From the NCBI GenBank assembly GCA_963697165.1, contig CAVOMX010000018.1, forward strand, positions 32,001-96,000: a DNA stretch of 64,000 bases, written 5' to 3'. A program made the translations under genes and the position numbers. How positions within the stretch are numbered: position 1 is the stretch's first letter; each line of letters starts with the position of its first letter. Origin of the DNA: Candidatus Bathyarchaeota archaeon (GTDB taxonomy: Archaea > Thermoproteota > Bathyarchaeia > Bathyarchaeales > Bathyarchaeaceae). This document shows, one piece after another, positions 62,327 through 64,000 of the stretch. The notes beneath the pieces are model-generated. The model saw nothing but the letters and a program-made list of their open reading frames with translations, had not been told where the DNA came from and ran no database searches.

Positions 62327-63072
62327 TTAGATTTTGCTTTGGAACCACACAGGATTTAGTGCGAATGGTGTTTCTTCTACTGATAGTCCACCTTTTTCGA
62401 TGTAAAGTTTGAGTATTTGGGGTTTTAGGGGTACGCTTCGGATTTTCGAAGAATGAAAACGCGGGTCCACTCTGTGTCTTGTTTTCGGTAGTCAAGGTAT
62501 ACTCAAGTGGTCTACAAGGTATTCGGTGATGTCTGGCGTTAGAGGGATACCTTCGGCGGTGAGTAGTACAGGTTGATCCTTGGCGTTTGGTTTCCAGTAG
62601 TAGCTTCATGAAGACTTCTCGGAATTCTTCGGGGTTAGAGAGACGTTTTTCCAGTGAAGATAGAGAGTCAATTACTATTCTTGAGGCTCCGGGTTGTGTA
62701 GCCATTCCTTTTTCAGCAATGTTCATTGCTTCTGCTTTTTCAATTACACCGTATTGGCTGGCATAGTCTGCAGTGATAGACATGTCAACGATTTGTATTG
62801 TTCCATTTTTGACTAGTTGTGGAAAGTCTGACCAGATTTCGCCACCTGCTCGCATTATTGATTCGGGGCTTTCTTCTGTTGTAATGTATAAGCATTTTTC
62901 GCCACTTCTTTGCGCCTTTGTATAGGAATTGTAAACATACAATAGTTTTGCCAGTGCCTGGGTCACCTCTCACTAGTATTGCATCACCTTTTGGTAGCCC
63001 TGGAATGAATTCGTCTAGTCCAGTCACTCCGAAGTCGACCCATTCAATTTTTGATACTTTTTGTGCCATCAT
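62327..63072 (-). CDS. Single-domain KaiC/RAD55-like ATPase, copy B (frameshifts)
   Basis: GDPGTGKT, LYITTEE, IVIDSLSS; C-terminus PLKPQILKLYIEKGGLSVEETPFALNPVWF parallels copy A. Confidence 0.88.
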
Positions 63073-63516
63073 ACTGAATCACATCTTATTCAATTAATAA
63101 TGTTAGTTATTGATTGTTTGTATATAAACATTTTCTTTTTAATGAATGTTTATTGATAAAATAGGTATAAATTGAATAAGTGTTCAATATGTTATTATTA
63201 AATCACATAGACATATCAACATTTTCAATTGATTAATACTAGACGATGTTTTACTAATAAACCACGAAAAATGTTGTAAATCAAAATACACCGAACAAAC
63301 AAAATATACATTTTATGCTCAAATAAAGACGGTGAAAATTGGGCTGGCGACCAGAGAAATTATCAAAAAATGAAAAAATCAAAAGCTGAACAAAAAACAC
63401 ACAAACCCAACCAGCAGGTAATCACAAGCATATAGTAGCCCAAAAGGGGGTGGCGCCAAAAACTCTAAATCCAGATTGCATATATAGACAAAAAAAATGC
63501 ATAAAGGTCTAGAACG

Positions 63517-64000
63517 TTAGCTTTTTCCTGTTTTGGATAACTCGGTCTTTATTTGCTGTTCTGCACACTCTGCATATGATTTGTCCATCTCAAAGCCGAT
63601 GTAGTCAACGCCCAGCCTCATGCAAGCAACAGCAGTATTCCCGATGCCCATGAACGGGTCTAAAACAAGCTTTGTCTTTTCTAGTCCATGAAGCATGATG
63701 CACATCATCGGCAGTTTAGGCGGAAACGAAGAAGGATGTGGTCTTTGCTTTTTTCGCGACCAGATCGTCTCGTATGGAATAAACCAAGTGTCCCCTCGGT
63801 CTCTAAGGTCCAGAACCAGCATTCTTCCATCGTCCAATGTTACTCTTATCTTGATAAGGCACACCAACCGCCAGTTTATCAAGTCTAACTTTTCCGTCTT
63901 TAGTGAACTGAAAAATATATTCATGGCACTTGTTCACGAAACGTTCACTGTTAACGGGTTTAAAGTGACCAACAGCAATATCCCCCCGATGTTCGGATAA
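63517..64000 (-). CDS. Site-specific DNA methyltransferase (N4-C/N6-A), C-terminal part
   Basis: [33 protein letters not shown]...YIGFEMD; 5' part lies outside the window. Confidence 0.88.

Noticed and set aside
60956..63072. Circadian KaiC, or one two-domain KaiC split by error
   Set aside because: Each copy is single-domain with its own duplicated promoter region, about 630 bp apart; no kaiA/kaiB.
1..64000. tRNA, rRNA, CRISPR array, transposase or integrase genes
   Set aside because: None recognised on either strand by eye; tRNAscan-SE/Infernal would be needed to exclude short RNAs.

Overview
Archaeal chromosomal segment, most consistent with a TACK-lineage anaerobe, probably Bathyarchaeia. 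This is inferred from the archaeal ACDS genes, TBP/TFB, eL15-Rpp30-Pop5, a long Rpo5, a PQQ-like beta-propeller with TrmB, and a TackOD1-like protein. Contents in order: Lrp regulator; Mrp + cdhAB copy 1 + ORP-like Fe-S/Ni maturation cluster (NifB/NifX-like x3, IscU-like, COG1149 ATPases x2, CooT, DUF134, DUF5320); a DtxR-feoA-feoB module between 33-bp direct repeats; thyA; mgsA; a ~700-aa radical SAM/SPASM fusion protein; an ABC exporter; a complete cdhABCDE operon (copy 2); TBP; mntP; Rpo5; ferredoxin; a CoA operon (ECF-S, PoK, PPAT); an FDR/glutaredoxin pair; a divergent TFB next to a five-pilin type IV pilus locus; two surface-protein 'cassettes' that share an upstream regulatory block and a downstream ~120-nt rod-like hairpin, with trmB between them; eL15/RNase P genes; amt with two duplicated KaiC-like ATPases; and a partial DNA methyltransferase. 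Many genes, including essential ones, carry single-base indels. These are most probably long-read consensus errors, and I reconstructed the genes across them by eye. No rRNA, tRNA, CRISPR array or transposase was seen. Family names come from recognised motifs, not database searches.
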